From a virus (taxonomy: Duplodnaviria > Heunggongvirae > Uroviricota > Caudoviricetes): a stretch of DNA of 64,000 nt. The notes under the pieces were generated by a model, which saw only the letters and a program-made list of their open reading frames with translations, was not told where the DNA came from and searched no databases. The stretch lies in IMG/VR virus record IMGVR_UViG_3300027365_000008. One strand, 5' to 3'. Position numbers and translations under genes: made by a program. Numbering within the stretch: position 1 is the stretch's first letter; every line of letters begins with the position of its first letter. Below, piece by piece: positions 48,784 to 57,806 of the stretch.

Positions 48784-49784
48784 TGGCTATCTCCATTCTG
48801 AATCAATCCTCGCCCTTCGGTCCCTGTTTTGAAGTTCCCACAATCCACATCACCAAGATCGGTGTGTACCAGAATGTCACCGGTCTTGCGGATTACAAAG
48901 TTTCCCTTGCCGATAACATCTTTCAGGCGTTCACGCAACTTCTTCTCACTCAGTGAGTTATCATAAGCATCTTTACCAATGAATCGAAGTGCGTCAGTCT
49001 CATCACCCGTGTGTTCTTCCGTATCGGTTCCTTTGAACACAATATCAAACGGATCATATTCCTCTTCCGACATTTCACTGATCGACACTGGAATCAGGTT
49101 TCCAGTTGAATCATTGACGAGGAAGGCTTTTCCTTCATAGACCACCACGTTGTGAAGTTGGGGAGTCATGTTGTCCCGCTTCATGAAGGTGTTCCAATCG
49201 ATAGCCTTGCCGCGTTCGATAACATCCCCATCGGTGAGCCAGACTTCGGTATACTTGATCTTGTCCATCTCGTATTCATTCAGAATGCTACCGAACACTT
49301 CCTGAATGTAAGCATCGAAGCGACGCTTGTTGTGAACGAGCAGATCGTTGTGCTGGTCAGTCTTACCACCATAGCCGTAGAACTCACGATGACCCATGAA
49401 CTCAGTATGCGGCTGCGTCACACGCACTTCACCAACCGCCCACAGCATGAACCCGGCTGACGCCACTTGGCTACAGGCGACGGTGATGGTGTGCTTGAAC
49501 ATCTTCATGATGCTTGCCAGTTCGAGCAGCATATCTACCCGACCGCCACTGGAATTGATATAGAAGATGGCACTGGTGTACTTCTCAGCCAATTGATACA
49601 GTTCTACCAGTTCATTTGTATTCTCTTGCGGGCTACTGAAATTGCCGCGTAGATGAACCTCCACCCGTTGCTTCTGTTCATCGACCTTCACCGTCATGAA
49701 CTTGGCGAACTTAGCCGCCAGCGGGAAACCACCATCATAGTTGGTTGCGTTGAAGTCTTGAACTACCGGATTGTGTTGGATCAT
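48780..49784 (-). CDS. ClpP-family (S14) serine protease-like protein with a long C-terminal extension
   Basis: YINSSGGRV and TVACSQVASAGFMLWAVG match ClpP's YINSPGG and GQAASMG motifs. Confidence 0.6.
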   Translation of the reverse strand: MIQHNPVVQDFNATNYDGGFPLAAKFAKFMTVKVDEQKQRVEVHLRGNFSSPQENTNELVELYQLAEKYTSAIFYINSSGGRVDMLLELASIMKMFKHTITVACSQVASAGFMLWAVGEVRVTQPHTEFMGHREFYGYGGKTDQHNDLLVHNKRRFDAYIQEVFGSILNEYEMDKIKYTEVWLTDGDVIERGKAIDWNTFMKRDNMTPQLHNVVVYEGKAFLVNDSTGNLIPVSISEMSEEEYDPFDIVFKGTDTEEHTGDETDALRFIGKDAYDNSLSEKKLRERLKDVIGKGNFVIRKTGDILVHTDLGDVDCGNFKTGTEGRGLIQNGDSQ

Positions 49785-49794
49785 ACGGATTCCT

Positions 49795-50232
49795 TTATTT
49801 GACCTTGTGATTGAGCAGGAATGTCATGCGGTGTTTGCGTGTCATCCCGCTCAACATAGAATACAGATCACCGCGTTCAAGGTCAAGCCCTTCTTCCACA
49901 ACCATCGAATAAACACCATGAACGGTGGGGTCATTCATCATGCGTGACCTAGCGGACCCCATAAACGCAGTTAGATGGTCGATAGTTTCCTTGGCGGACG
50001 GGTCCAATTCATCAACTTTTGCCAATGCGTCCTCGCGTGACAGATCACCGACGAGCATCATGGCATTGAGCACTTCCCCGGCCTTGTGCTTCGGCATGGG
50101 CAACGCCATGAACATGTCGAGATGAAATTCGTCGTCGCCAGTCTCGGTCATACGCTCGATGGTGGTGAACAGGTATTCAGTTTCCATTTCACAACTCCCC
50201 GATAAGATTGTAATAGTGATTAGCTGTTTCAC
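49795..50232 (-). CDS. hypothetical protein
   Basis: ORF. Confidence 0.4.
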   Translation of the reverse strand: MKQLITITILSGSCEMETEYLFTTIERMTETGDDEFHLDMFMALPMPKHKAGEVLNAMMLVGDLSREDALAKVDELDPSAKETIDHLTAFMGSARSRMMNDPTVHGVYSMVVEEGLDLERGDLYSMLSGMTRKHRMTFLLNHKVK

Positions 50233-50467
50233 GAATTGTTTCTATCACCAACTTTTCATTCCGTTTCAACTCATCGAATGATGCCGAACGCAAATGAAAA
50301 ATCCAAAACGGCACGTTGGGGCTTAATGTAATGAGGGCAAACCTATTGGATTCCGCCCTAGCGATTCCATCTACGTTGCGCAATCGCTTCAACCACGTTA
50401 CATCACGTTTTTCCATAGTAGCCTCGACCATATCAACCACATGGTCGCGCAGTTCATCGCGTGTCAT
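50189..50467 (-). CDS. hypothetical protein
   Basis: ORF. Confidence 0.35.
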   Translation of the reverse strand: MTRDELRDHVVDMVEATMEKRDVTWLKRLRNVDGIARAESNRFALITLSPNVPFWIFHLRSASFDELKRNEKLVIETIRETANHYYNLIGEL

Positions 50468-50530
50468 AAAGTGCCCCTTTTAAACGCAAAGAAGGCCCGC
50501 CATGGGCCTTCAATATACTACCTTCACTGG

Positions 50531-50935
50531 TCACACACAAACCATTCCCAACGCCGTGTCGGTGCTTCCTGACAGCTTCTTGAGCATGTGCCGCGTGTCA
50601 TTGTCATAGTCGCAGTCAGTGACAAATGCAGGCACTTCAGCCGTACATGGGCAACTGGTGCGCACTGCCATTAGGGCTTTGTTGACATCCGATGAACCGT
50701 CGTCAACGATGAACGACGTTGCTGCCAATTCTGCACCGGCTTCGTCAAACACACGAACGACGAAAAGGCCGGTCATGGAAATAGCGGTCAAATGACCTAT
50801 TCTGTTATAGTCCTCTTTCAAAACAGATTGTAAAAGTTTGCCATTGTCCCGATTATATTCTGTTGGATCATCTGCGACAATAGCCAGTGAGATCACATCA
50901 GAAATTCGATTAACGAATATATCGTGCATGTCCAA
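50531..50935 (-). CDS. hypothetical protein
   Basis: ORF. Confidence 0.4.
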   Translation of the reverse strand: MDMHDIFVNRISDVISLAIVADDPTEYNRDNGKLLQSVLKEDYNRIGHLTAISMTGLFVVRVFDEAGAELAATSFIVDDGSSDVNKALMAVRTSCPCTAEVPAFVTDCDYDNDTRHMLKKLSGSTDTALGMVCV

Positions 50936-51144
50936 TCATTCTTTATAGTACGCCCCTGCTTTGCGCACCGTAGCTATCCAGCTTCTTTTTCTTCCGTCCT
51001 TGTGGCCAGTATGGGGCTTTCATACCTGACTCTCTGCGCGTCCACAACCCATCTTAACAGACCATTACCGGATATCAAAGCCCTAATGCCTAAAGATTAG
51101 TCATCTCATGCTAATACTTAGGTATTAGACGGCAGCCATATCCA

Positions 51145-51297
51145 CTAAAAAGCCCGCGTGTTAGCGGGCTTTTTATGCTTCTGTTTGCGTTTGTACTTCG
51201 TCTTATCCCTTTCGACTTTTGGCCGATAGGTCGGAGACGTTACCAACGCTTTCAAGGCATTATCCTTTACCTTGCCACGCTTACTGTCATGCTTCAT
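51145..51297 (-). CDS. arfA: ArfA-like alternative ribosome-rescue factor (50 codons)
   Basis: MKHDSKRGKVKDNALKALVTSPTYRPKVERDKTKYKRKQKHKK... aligns with E. coli ArfA ([40 protein letters not shown]). The last 9 codons are encoded by the terminator hairpin; not in the supplied ORF track. Confidence 0.6.
   Translation of the reverse strand: MKHDSKRGKVKDNALKALVTSPTYRPKVERDKTKYKRKQKHKKPANTRAF
51148..51176 (-). terminator. rho-independent terminator hairpin embedded in the arfA-like 3' coding end
   Basis: aaaagcccgc-taacac-gcgggctttt; the TAG stop overlaps the U-tract. Confidence 0.65.
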
Positions 51298-51437
51298 GCC
51301 ACTTCCTTAACCAACTTCGCTTTCACTTTACAACGCCCACACTCGGGACACTCATCATCTACCACTTCCTCGTCCATTTCAATCCATTCGGATTGACATT
51401 CAGGACAACAATAGTACAATTCAAAAAGAGGTTCCAT
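51294..51437 (-). CDS. 47-aa zinc-ribbon protein, translationally coupled to the arfA-like gene
   Basis: CCPEC...18 aa...CPECGRC; start overlaps the upstream stop (TAATG) and its stop overlaps the arfA ATG (ATGA). Confidence 0.4.
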   Translation of the reverse strand: MEPLFELYYCCPECQSEWIEMDEEVVDDECPECGRCKVKAKLVKEVA

Positions 51438-51865
51438 TACCAACCCATCAGACCTTTGATTATCATGAACGCAGTAGGGATCACAACGGAAGTCAACCCC
51501 CCGATGGCAATCTTTAGCGTCTTCGCGTTATTGCTTGCTTCTTGTTGTGTTGCTTTCAACTCATCTTTAATGCGTCCCAATTCCTTTTCTGTCTCAGCCA
51601 GTCGATACTTGATGTTCGACAGTTCCTTATCATGGCGATGTAGCATTTCCGCAATCTGAGAAACAGAATCAGAAATCTTCAACAGTTCGTCTCGCTGATT
51701 GGCAAGCAACGTCTGCGTCTTCACCACTTCCTTGAGAGTATTAGAAATCTCTTGCAAGGATTCCTTATTAAACTCATTGGCTGCTTCAAGGGACGCTACC
51801 CTTTCACTAATTCTCCTTTCTTCGTATCCAGATTCTAATGACATAGCAGTTGCCCTCAAATACAT
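51437..51865 (-). CDS. coiled-coil protein with a C-terminal TM anchor
   Basis: Heptad-rich middle; C-terminal IAIGGLTSVVIPTAFMIIKGLMGW. Confidence 0.4.
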   Translation of the reverse strand: MYLRATAMSLESGYEERRISERVASLEAANEFNKESLQEISNTLKEVVKTQTLLANQRDELLKISDSVSQIAEMLHRHDKELSNIKYRLAETEKELGRIKDELKATQQEASNNAKTLKIAIGGLTSVVIPTAFMIIKGLMGW

Positions 51866-51995
51866 TCTTATAAGATGTATTTATCGGCAACTGCTTTTAC
51901 ATTATGTCACTTGTCCTTCATTAAGTCGATAAGGACTGCGGCCCCAATAATGAAGAAAGTAACTATCATCGAAACGGAAAGCCACCCTAACCATC

Positions 51996-52457
51996 CTATC
52001 GCCATTTCTCCATCATCCGTTGTTCATGCTCAAGCGCACTATAGTATGATACCAAGTCATCCCCACATGATGCCCTCAGTGTAGCATACACATGCTTATT
52101 GTATAGGCTCCATGTGCCGATATTGCCCGGATAATCCCGATACGTCAGTTTCTTATGTTCAACAAAGAAACGACATACCGCTGCACTTCGTGACATGCCC
52201 GCATCACAATGGACTAGGATTTGCTTGTCCGTGTTCATGACAGAATCAACCATCTTGATAGCCATGTCCAAATCGAACATCACGTAGCCACAAGTTTGGA
52301 TTGTAATGTCATCGAACTCAAACCTAACCACATCCTCCCATCCAGATAGATTAGCCTGATCGTTAGGATGAGTAATGCTTATCACTCGGGTATCCGTTAA
52401 CGCATCCATAGACTCGATGATATGACGAGGAACAAAACCTATTGACCTAGTTATCAT
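51996..52457 (-). CDS. dual-specificity (Cys-based, CX5R) phosphatase
   Basis: VHCDAGMSRSAA P-loop of PTP/DUSP enzymes, the family that includes RNA 5'-phosphatases. Confidence 0.7.
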   Translation of the reverse strand: MITRSIGFVPRHIIESMDALTDTRVISITHPNDQANLSGWEDVVRFEFDDITIQTCGYVMFDLDMAIKMVDSVMNTDKQILVHCDAGMSRSAAVCRFFVEHKKLTYRDYPGNIGTWSLYNKHVYATLRASCGDDLVSYYSALEHEQRMMEKWR

Positions 52458-53032
52458 CTGATTGCCACGCTCGGGTCAGATTTGTTCAGGAAATGTTTTT
52501 CAGCCGGGCTATGGATGCGAACCCAACCAATAACCGCGTCAAAATCGCGCACCATGCGCTTAGACGAGCCGAAAGAACCCTTCCGTAGCAACGCCTTACT
52601 GTCACCGTTGTCGTCTTTAAACAGGCACACAACGCGATATACGGTGCCTTTCGGTGATTCCCACATCTCATGGGGGCGAAATACCTCACAATCTCCATAC
52701 CGGGCATCATATACCTGATATTGAGAAAGATTGAATTGGCCTTCGACCGAATCCCGCTTGCGGCGAAGGTAGTCCTCCCAAATGACCCACCCCCGATGGT
52801 CATCCGCCAGTGCGTAGAGTTCGTCGGTCACATCTTTATGTGCCCATCTTGCGAAGTCATCCAGACTCATCGAACGGAATTTGTTTCCTGTTGCAATCGA
52901 AGGTGAATCGTATTGGACTTGATTGTTTCCAATCCAAATAACTTGCCGGTCATTTACATAACCGGCACCTGCCTGACAAGGCTTCTTCCCACGATACACA
53001 CGATTCTTTTGAATCTCTTCAGGCTGCATCAC
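52454..53032 (-). CDS. hypothetical protein
   Basis: ORF. Confidence 0.4.
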   Translation of the reverse strand: MMQPEEIQKNRVYRGKKPCQAGAGYVNDRQVIWIGNNQVQYDSPSIATGNKFRSMSLDDFARWAHKDVTDELYALADDHRGWVIWEDYLRRKRDSVEGQFNLSQYQVYDARYGDCEVFRPHEMWESPKGTVYRVVCLFKDDNGDSKALLRKGSFGSSKRMVRDFDAVIGWVRIHSPAEKHFLNKSDPSVAIR

Positions 53033-53336
53033 TGGTCGTCTCCCCTCGTTCTACCATTGAATCGCACAGTTCTACCATGAGCGGAATCGCTTCATCAGAA
53101 ATCATGTAGAACACACTTTGCCCCACCTTTCGACTGGAAAGCACACCAGACAGCTTCAGAACAGAAAGATGCTGGGACACACTGGATTGAGACAACTTCA
53201 GTGCCTCCGTGAGTTGTGTCACGGACAGTTCGTGGTGCTGGTGAACCCAACGAACGATCTTCAGTCGGTAAGGATTGCCCAGTGCCTTGAACACTGACGC
53301 TACTGCATCATCGAGAACCATGGATTTGGTAGTCAT
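53019..53336 (-). CDS. ArsR/SmtB-family winged-helix transcriptional regulator
   Basis: LGNPYRLKIVRWV...LSVTQLTEALKLSQSSVSQHLSVLKLSGVL. Confidence 0.7.
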   Translation of the reverse strand: MTTKSMVLDDAVASVFKALGNPYRLKIVRWVHQHHELSVTQLTEALKLSQSSVSQHLSVLKLSGVLSSRKVGQSVFYMISDEAIPLMVELCDSMVERGETTSDAA

Positions 53337-53431
53337 GTCGGTATCCTTTGGTTTGCTGTTGGACAGGCTCAGTATAGCACTATCTCAACCTATGTTAAAG
53401 GGGACTCGTCCAGATTGAGTCCCCTTTGGGG

Positions 53432-54028
53432 TCACGCCGCTTCTACAGCGGTTTCTGCGTCCCACGGGTCAATCTCGTCCGTGACATCTTCGAGTTTGAC
53501 GTTTGATTCGCTTTTGACGAATCCTTTCTCTACTGCCGCCTTGCGAGCATCATCCTCGGACGCTGCCACGATGTACATGCTTCGCTTGTTACGGTTTGTG
53601 GCTTTGAACGTCATGAGATCGGGACGAAGGTACGTCATTTCTTGCGGGACCATTCCCGTGTTGACATACAGGCGCTTGAAGTCCTCTTCACGGTACACGC
53701 GATAGCTAACCCCCGCAGTGTGTTGAGTTGAACGGTTAGACCATGTTCTCACCCCGGAGTGCCACTGGCGATTCTTCTTTGAATCAGGATAGAACTCGGC
53801 GATTGCGAATTGGTTTCCATTCCATTCTTCAAACGAGATCGTAACACGCCCGCGTCCTTCAACCCACAACACAACCCCACGGACATGGTGCATGATTTTG
53901 TTGTCGTAGCACAGGGTAACGCGATCACCAGCCTTGAGTTTGGTAGTCATTGCTTGTCTCCTTTTAACTGACATGAGAGAGCGTCTTGTCACGACGCTTG
54001 CGCATATTGTGTCGAGCCGTTCGGTCAC
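53432..54028 (-). CDS. hypothetical protein
   Basis: ORF; possibly a later start (MTTKLKAGDR). Confidence 0.4.
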   Translation of the reverse strand: MTERLDTICASVVTRRSLMSVKRRQAMTTKLKAGDRVTLCYDNKIMHHVRGVVLWVEGRGRVTISFEEWNGNQFAIAEFYPDSKKNRQWHSGVRTWSNRSTQHTAGVSYRVYREEDFKRLYVNTGMVPQEMTYLRPDLMTFKATNRNKRSMYIVAASEDDARKAAVEKGFVKSESNVKLEDVTDEIDPWDAETAVEAA

Positions 54029-54398
54029 ACCACGTATTCACTGCGCTACGTGAGCAGACAACCCGCTGGTGGCCCTTGACATGCTTCAGGTTCACCGCCC
54101 TAGCACCAACCTCCATCAGTATTGCCGTATCGAGGTTTGCCATCGCGGGCATACAGTCACATTGTATCGTAACAAAGCGATTGAAGGCAAGGTTTTTCTT
54201 GACCACACAATCAATCGCCTTCACCAAGGCTTCGTATTCTGATTGTGTTGATCCAGTCGTGATTCCACTTCCAGACCGGCGGATCAAGTTTCCATTGGCA
54301 CCATATTTGATCCAGAATGCCCATCCGAATACATTAGTGTTCGAATCGTAACTGGCATCCGTGAAAATGGTTAGAGATAGTTCGGGGTCAAACGGCAT
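53964..54398 (-). CDS. rnh: ribonuclease H (RNase HI-like)
   Basis: IFTDAS (Asp), SEYEAL (Glu), QCDCM (Asp), VKGH, NTWCDRTA (Asp). Confidence 0.7.
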   Translation of the reverse strand: MPFDPELSLTIFTDASYDSNTNVFGWAFWIKYGANGNLIRRSGSGITTGSTQSEYEALVKAIDCVVKKNLAFNRFVTIQCDCMPAMANLDTAILMEVGARAVNLKHVKGHQRVVCSRSAVNTWCDRTARHNMRKRRDKTLSHVS

Positions 54399-54410
54399 GG
54401 GATGTCCTCA

Positions 54411-54650
54411 TTATCCTTTATAACAACGGTGCCATGTGAATCGTCCGTCATCCACTAGAAGTACGTTGAAGTGTTCGAATTGTTGTTCAAACAACCCATG
54501 ACGCTCGCCGCCATCTTCCGCAACATCGCCCTGTTCGGTCATCCACACCACACCATCTGCGAATGCTTTAGGAATGTGTTTATCCCATGATTCCATACGC
54601 TTGTGTTTCTTCAAGTTTTGACGCTTCATGTATTGAACCCACATACCCAT
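54411..54650 (-). CDS. hypothetical protein
   Basis: ORF. Confidence 0.35.
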   Translation of the reverse strand: MGMWVQYMKRQNLKKHKRMESWDKHIPKAFADGVVWMTEQGDVAEDGGERHGLFEQQFEHFNVLLVDDGRFTWHRCYKG

Positions 54651-54656
54651 ACCTCG

Positions 54657-54690
54657 ATAAAAAAGGAGGGGCCAATTGGCCCCTCAATGG
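54657..54690 (-). terminator. rho-independent terminator
   Basis: gaggggccaattggcccctc followed on the minus strand by cttttttat. Confidence 0.7.
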
Positions 54691-54715
54691 TTGCACGCAA
54701 CGTCGAACAGCGTTG

Positions 54716-56137
54716 CTACCCTACATCGCGCATGTAGATCGTCTTGCAGTCTTCCAGTTCAATATCTGAAGCGCCCTCGGATGTAATCACCAGCAGGTTT
54801 CGACATTCCATCGGAAGCGCCGATTCCAGTGATTGGTGGGGGATATAGCCATCCGTGAAAATGATGAGTGCGTTGATAGGCTCACCATCATCCAGTTTCT
54901 CGCCAGCATATTCAGCCAACGGGGCCATGTCCGTTCCACCCCCGCCAATCCAATCGAGACTGACGTTACTGAAGTCGTCACCGTCCTCGGAGTTGTAGAT
55001 ACCGATAACGTGATAGCTGGTATCACATGTCACCAGATGCACGGTCCATGACTCAAATTGATCGAGAATACCCTTAAGTTCGGCAGCGGCTTCCTTGAGT
55101 TCACGTTCGCTCATCGAACCTGACGTGTCAACACCCCACACCAGTTCAATCTTGCTCCCTGTCAAACTCGGGAACACCACACCACCTTCACCCGTTCGAC
55201 GGGACAGACGATTGTAGGTCGGGCGTTCCTTAGTGGAGGCAACGATGTTTTCGTTAAGTTCATCTTTCCAGTTAACGCGGGGCTTCGCTAAGTCTTGGAA
55301 AGAACGCACCATGTCGCCTTCATGCTCACCAATACTTTTTGTGGCACTGGCGTTCGCAACAGCAGCCGCAGCTTCCTGACGGTTCATGCCCTTTTCACCG
55401 TCGCTTTGCTCACGCCCCGAAACGCTATCCATGGGCATCTGACCAGCCGGAGCGCCACCCGCGCTTCCTTGGCCCTTCGATGGCTTGTCCTTTCCTTGTT
55501 GCCCGGCTTGACCTTCACCGTCATCAGGGCGCTGACCGCCGCCGTGGGCTTCGCACGCTTTCTGCGCGTCACCATCGTTCTCTTCAAGCAACAGATGGTA
55601 AATCTCATCAGATGACATGCCCACGAAGCGTTCTTGATATAGAACGAACTCGGGCCGTTCTACATAAAGACGAAATCGCTCATCATGCGAAACACCATCG
55701 TTCTCAGTCTTGTACGTACCTGAACAGAACAAATTGATGTTGTAATCCGTGGCGATGTTCCACAATTCAGGATTGTAACCGGATTCCATCTGACGCCCGG
55801 AGTGTTCCTGAAAGATATGAAGAATCTCATGGAGCAACACGAACGCCCGCTGTTCGTTGTTTTCCAAACGATTCATCCAGAATACCGGGTTAATGAAGAT
55901 CATGTTTTTGCCATTGACCGGCATCGCGCCAGCCGTGGGCAGATCGGGCGACCAGAAATACACACACTGAAACATCAGATGCGCCATGAGCGGGGATGCA
56001 ATCGCAATGCTCGCTCGTGCTTCCGAAAAGGTTTCCATCCATTCAGGCTGAATGTCCTTGTCTTTGATTAGAGTCGGCATCCGGGTCAGCATGACCTCGC
56101 CGATGCCATCCTCTTTCTTATCAGTCTGTGTGGTCAT
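54716..56137 (-). CDS. VWA-domain protein with an N-terminal DUF2201-like HExxH domain (CobT-like partner of a MoxR ATPase)
   Basis: LLHEILHIFQEH; MIDAS motif WGVDTSGSMS; G/Q/A-rich linker. Confidence 0.65.
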   Translation of the reverse strand: MTTQTDKKEDGIGEVMLTRMPTLIKDKDIQPEWMETFSEARASIAIASPLMAHLMFQCVYFWSPDLPTAGAMPVNGKNMIFINPVFWMNRLENNEQRAFVLLHEILHIFQEHSGRQMESGYNPELWNIATDYNINLFCSGTYKTENDGVSHDERFRLYVERPEFVLYQERFVGMSSDEIYHLLLEENDGDAQKACEAHGGGQRPDDGEGQAGQQGKDKPSKGQGSAGGAPAGQMPMDSVSGREQSDGEKGMNRQEAAAAVANASATKSIGEHEGDMVRSFQDLAKPRVNWKDELNENIVASTKERPTYNRLSRRTGEGGVVFPSLTGSKIELVWGVDTSGSMSERELKEAAAELKGILDQFESWTVHLVTCDTSYHVIGIYNSEDGDDFSNVSLDWIGGGGTDMAPLAEYAGEKLDDGEPINALIIFTDGYIPHQSLESALPMECRNLLVITSEGASDIELEDCKTIYMRDVG

Positions 56138-56205
56138 TCTCGTTGCTCCTTTGCTCGGTTGACCCGTATATCATGGCACACATGGCGATGATACACAAGG
56201 TTTTG

Positions 56206-56436
56206 TTAATGCTTCGTCAGACTCTCTTTTTCAATCTGACGTTGACGCCCATAATGTCCTGTTTCTTCACGACTCATAACAGGAACCGTTAACGCTTCTT
56301 CCAACGTCCAATCTGATTTGAGTCTCCGTCTAACCGTATCAGGTTTGATATTGTGTTTCCGGGCGAGCAAAGCCAATTCTCCGCGTTTCAGTTTACGATT
56401 AGATTTAGCAGTGACGATTTCAGATTGTGTTAACTT
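56206..56436 (-). CDS. small putative DNA-binding protein
   Basis: Basic, helix-rich 77-aa ORF (MKLTQSEIVTAKSNRKLKRGELALLARKHNIKPDTVRRRLK). Confidence 0.35.
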   Translation of the reverse strand, partial: KLTQSEIVTAKSNRKLKRGELALLARKHNIKPDTVRRRLKSDWTLEEALTVPVMSREETGHYGRQRQIEKESLTKH

Positions 56437-56515
56437 CATTCCCGTGCGTCCTATAAACAAGTCTGAGACACAAAAAAGGGGAACCGAAGTTCCCCTTTCA
56501 CCTTCCGAGTGTAAC

Positions 56516-57709
56516 TTACTTCACGCCCTTCAGCTTGGACAGAATCTTAGTCACTTGGCCTTGGAAAGCCTTGAACTTGCGGAACTTGGTGACCAGCTTG
56601 ATATCTCGCTTGATTGTCTTCATGACGATGATTTTCATCTCGTCGGGGAGTTGTTCGAGGACTGTAGTAAGGTTATCCATGTCAGTTGTCATGTCAACCT
56701 CTTTGCCGTTCTCTTTCTCCCCATGGCGTCCCAGCGCATCCATAATCTCGAATGCCATGGAAGTCGATACCGCGTACTTGACTTCCTCGCGTCCTTCCGG
56801 CATTTGATACTTCAGCGTACCCTTACGAATGGCGCTCCAGTCGGGAAGTTCATCATAGAAGCGACGGAATCCCATGAACTTCGTGGCGATTTCTGAACCG
56901 ATGGCACCGGCAACCGCAACCGTCAGCAGGGAGTCATCAGCGGTCAGCGCCGTGTTGTTCAGATGACGATTGACGAACTCCCATGAACGCGGTGTGGTGA
57001 AGGCCGCTTCCGTGTCATTCGGAGCGTTGTAGATGTCCTTTTTCGACCAGCTAAGGAAGCCAATGATAGACGGATTGAAACGACGCTCTACCGCATACGT
57101 CAGGAATGATTCAGCCGCTTGCTTCGGGTCGATTTCCAGATGCATACCGAAACGGTTAGCCGCAGCCGGAAGCAGTTCCCGCGCACCAGTCTTGTCAGAC
57201 TTCAGGTTACCCGCCGCGACGATGGCGCAAGTGTCTGGTAGCTTCGTGCCATTCTGAACAGTGCGGTCCAGAATCAGACGATAGGCGGCGTGTTGAACAT
57301 GCGGCGGTGCGTTTTTGATTTCATCCAGAAACAGGATGTAAAACTTGTTCGGGTCTTGCGGCCACCATGACGGAGTAGAGAAGAACATCTCTTTCGCATC
57401 ATAAGTGGTTTCTTCACCGTTGCGATAGTGGCTCATTTCATAGCCCGCATCCGCAACATATGGAATGCCCTGAACGTCAGCGGCTTCCATGGCTGACAGT
57501 CGAATGTCAACGACTTCGACCGGCTTGCCGAGACGTTCGCCGAGACGCTGGGCGAGTTGTCCGATGATGGCACTTTTGCCCAGACCGGGGGAACCGTGCA
57601 AACAGACCGGATCAGGGACGTAACCAGCGGTAAAGGCGTCGCCGAAAGATGCTTCGATCAGGGTAGCGGCTTGCTTGATGTTGACGACGTTTTGCTTGTT
57701 GCCAGACAT
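56516..57709 (-). CDS. MoxR-family AAA+ ATPase (CobS-like)
   Basis: Walker A LHGSPGLGKS; Walker B YILFLDEI; sensor motifs; 397 aa. Confidence 0.75.
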   Translation of the reverse strand: MSGNKQNVVNIKQAATLIEASFGDAFTAGYVPDPVCLHGSPGLGKSAIIGQLAQRLGERLGKPVEVVDIRLSAMEAADVQGIPYVADAGYEMSHYRNGEETTYDAKEMFFSTPSWWPQDPNKFYILFLDEIKNAPPHVQHAAYRLILDRTVQNGTKLPDTCAIVAAGNLKSDKTGARELLPAAANRFGMHLEIDPKQAAESFLTYAVERRFNPSIIGFLSWSKKDIYNAPNDTEAAFTTPRSWEFVNRHLNNTALTADDSLLTVAVAGAIGSEIATKFMGFRRFYDELPDWSAIRKGTLKYQMPEGREEVKYAVSTSMAFEIMDALGRHGEKENGKEVDMTTDMDNLTTVLEQLPDEMKIIVMKTIKRDIKLVTKFRKFKAFQGQVTKILSKLKGVK

Positions 57710-57806
57710 TGTATCGTTTCCTTTGCAGTGAATAACGGTTTGTTTCGATTACATGGGTAGGTTACAAGGATGAGAGGGTCACGTCAACCCTCCCAAAGCA
57801 CATCCA

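Noticed and set aside
51175-51659. Plus-strand ORFs 51175-51396 and 51219-51659
   Set aside because: The minus strand here encodes the ArfA-like and zinc-ribbon genes, which have clear RBS and coupling and protein similarity. The + ORFs have no motifs.
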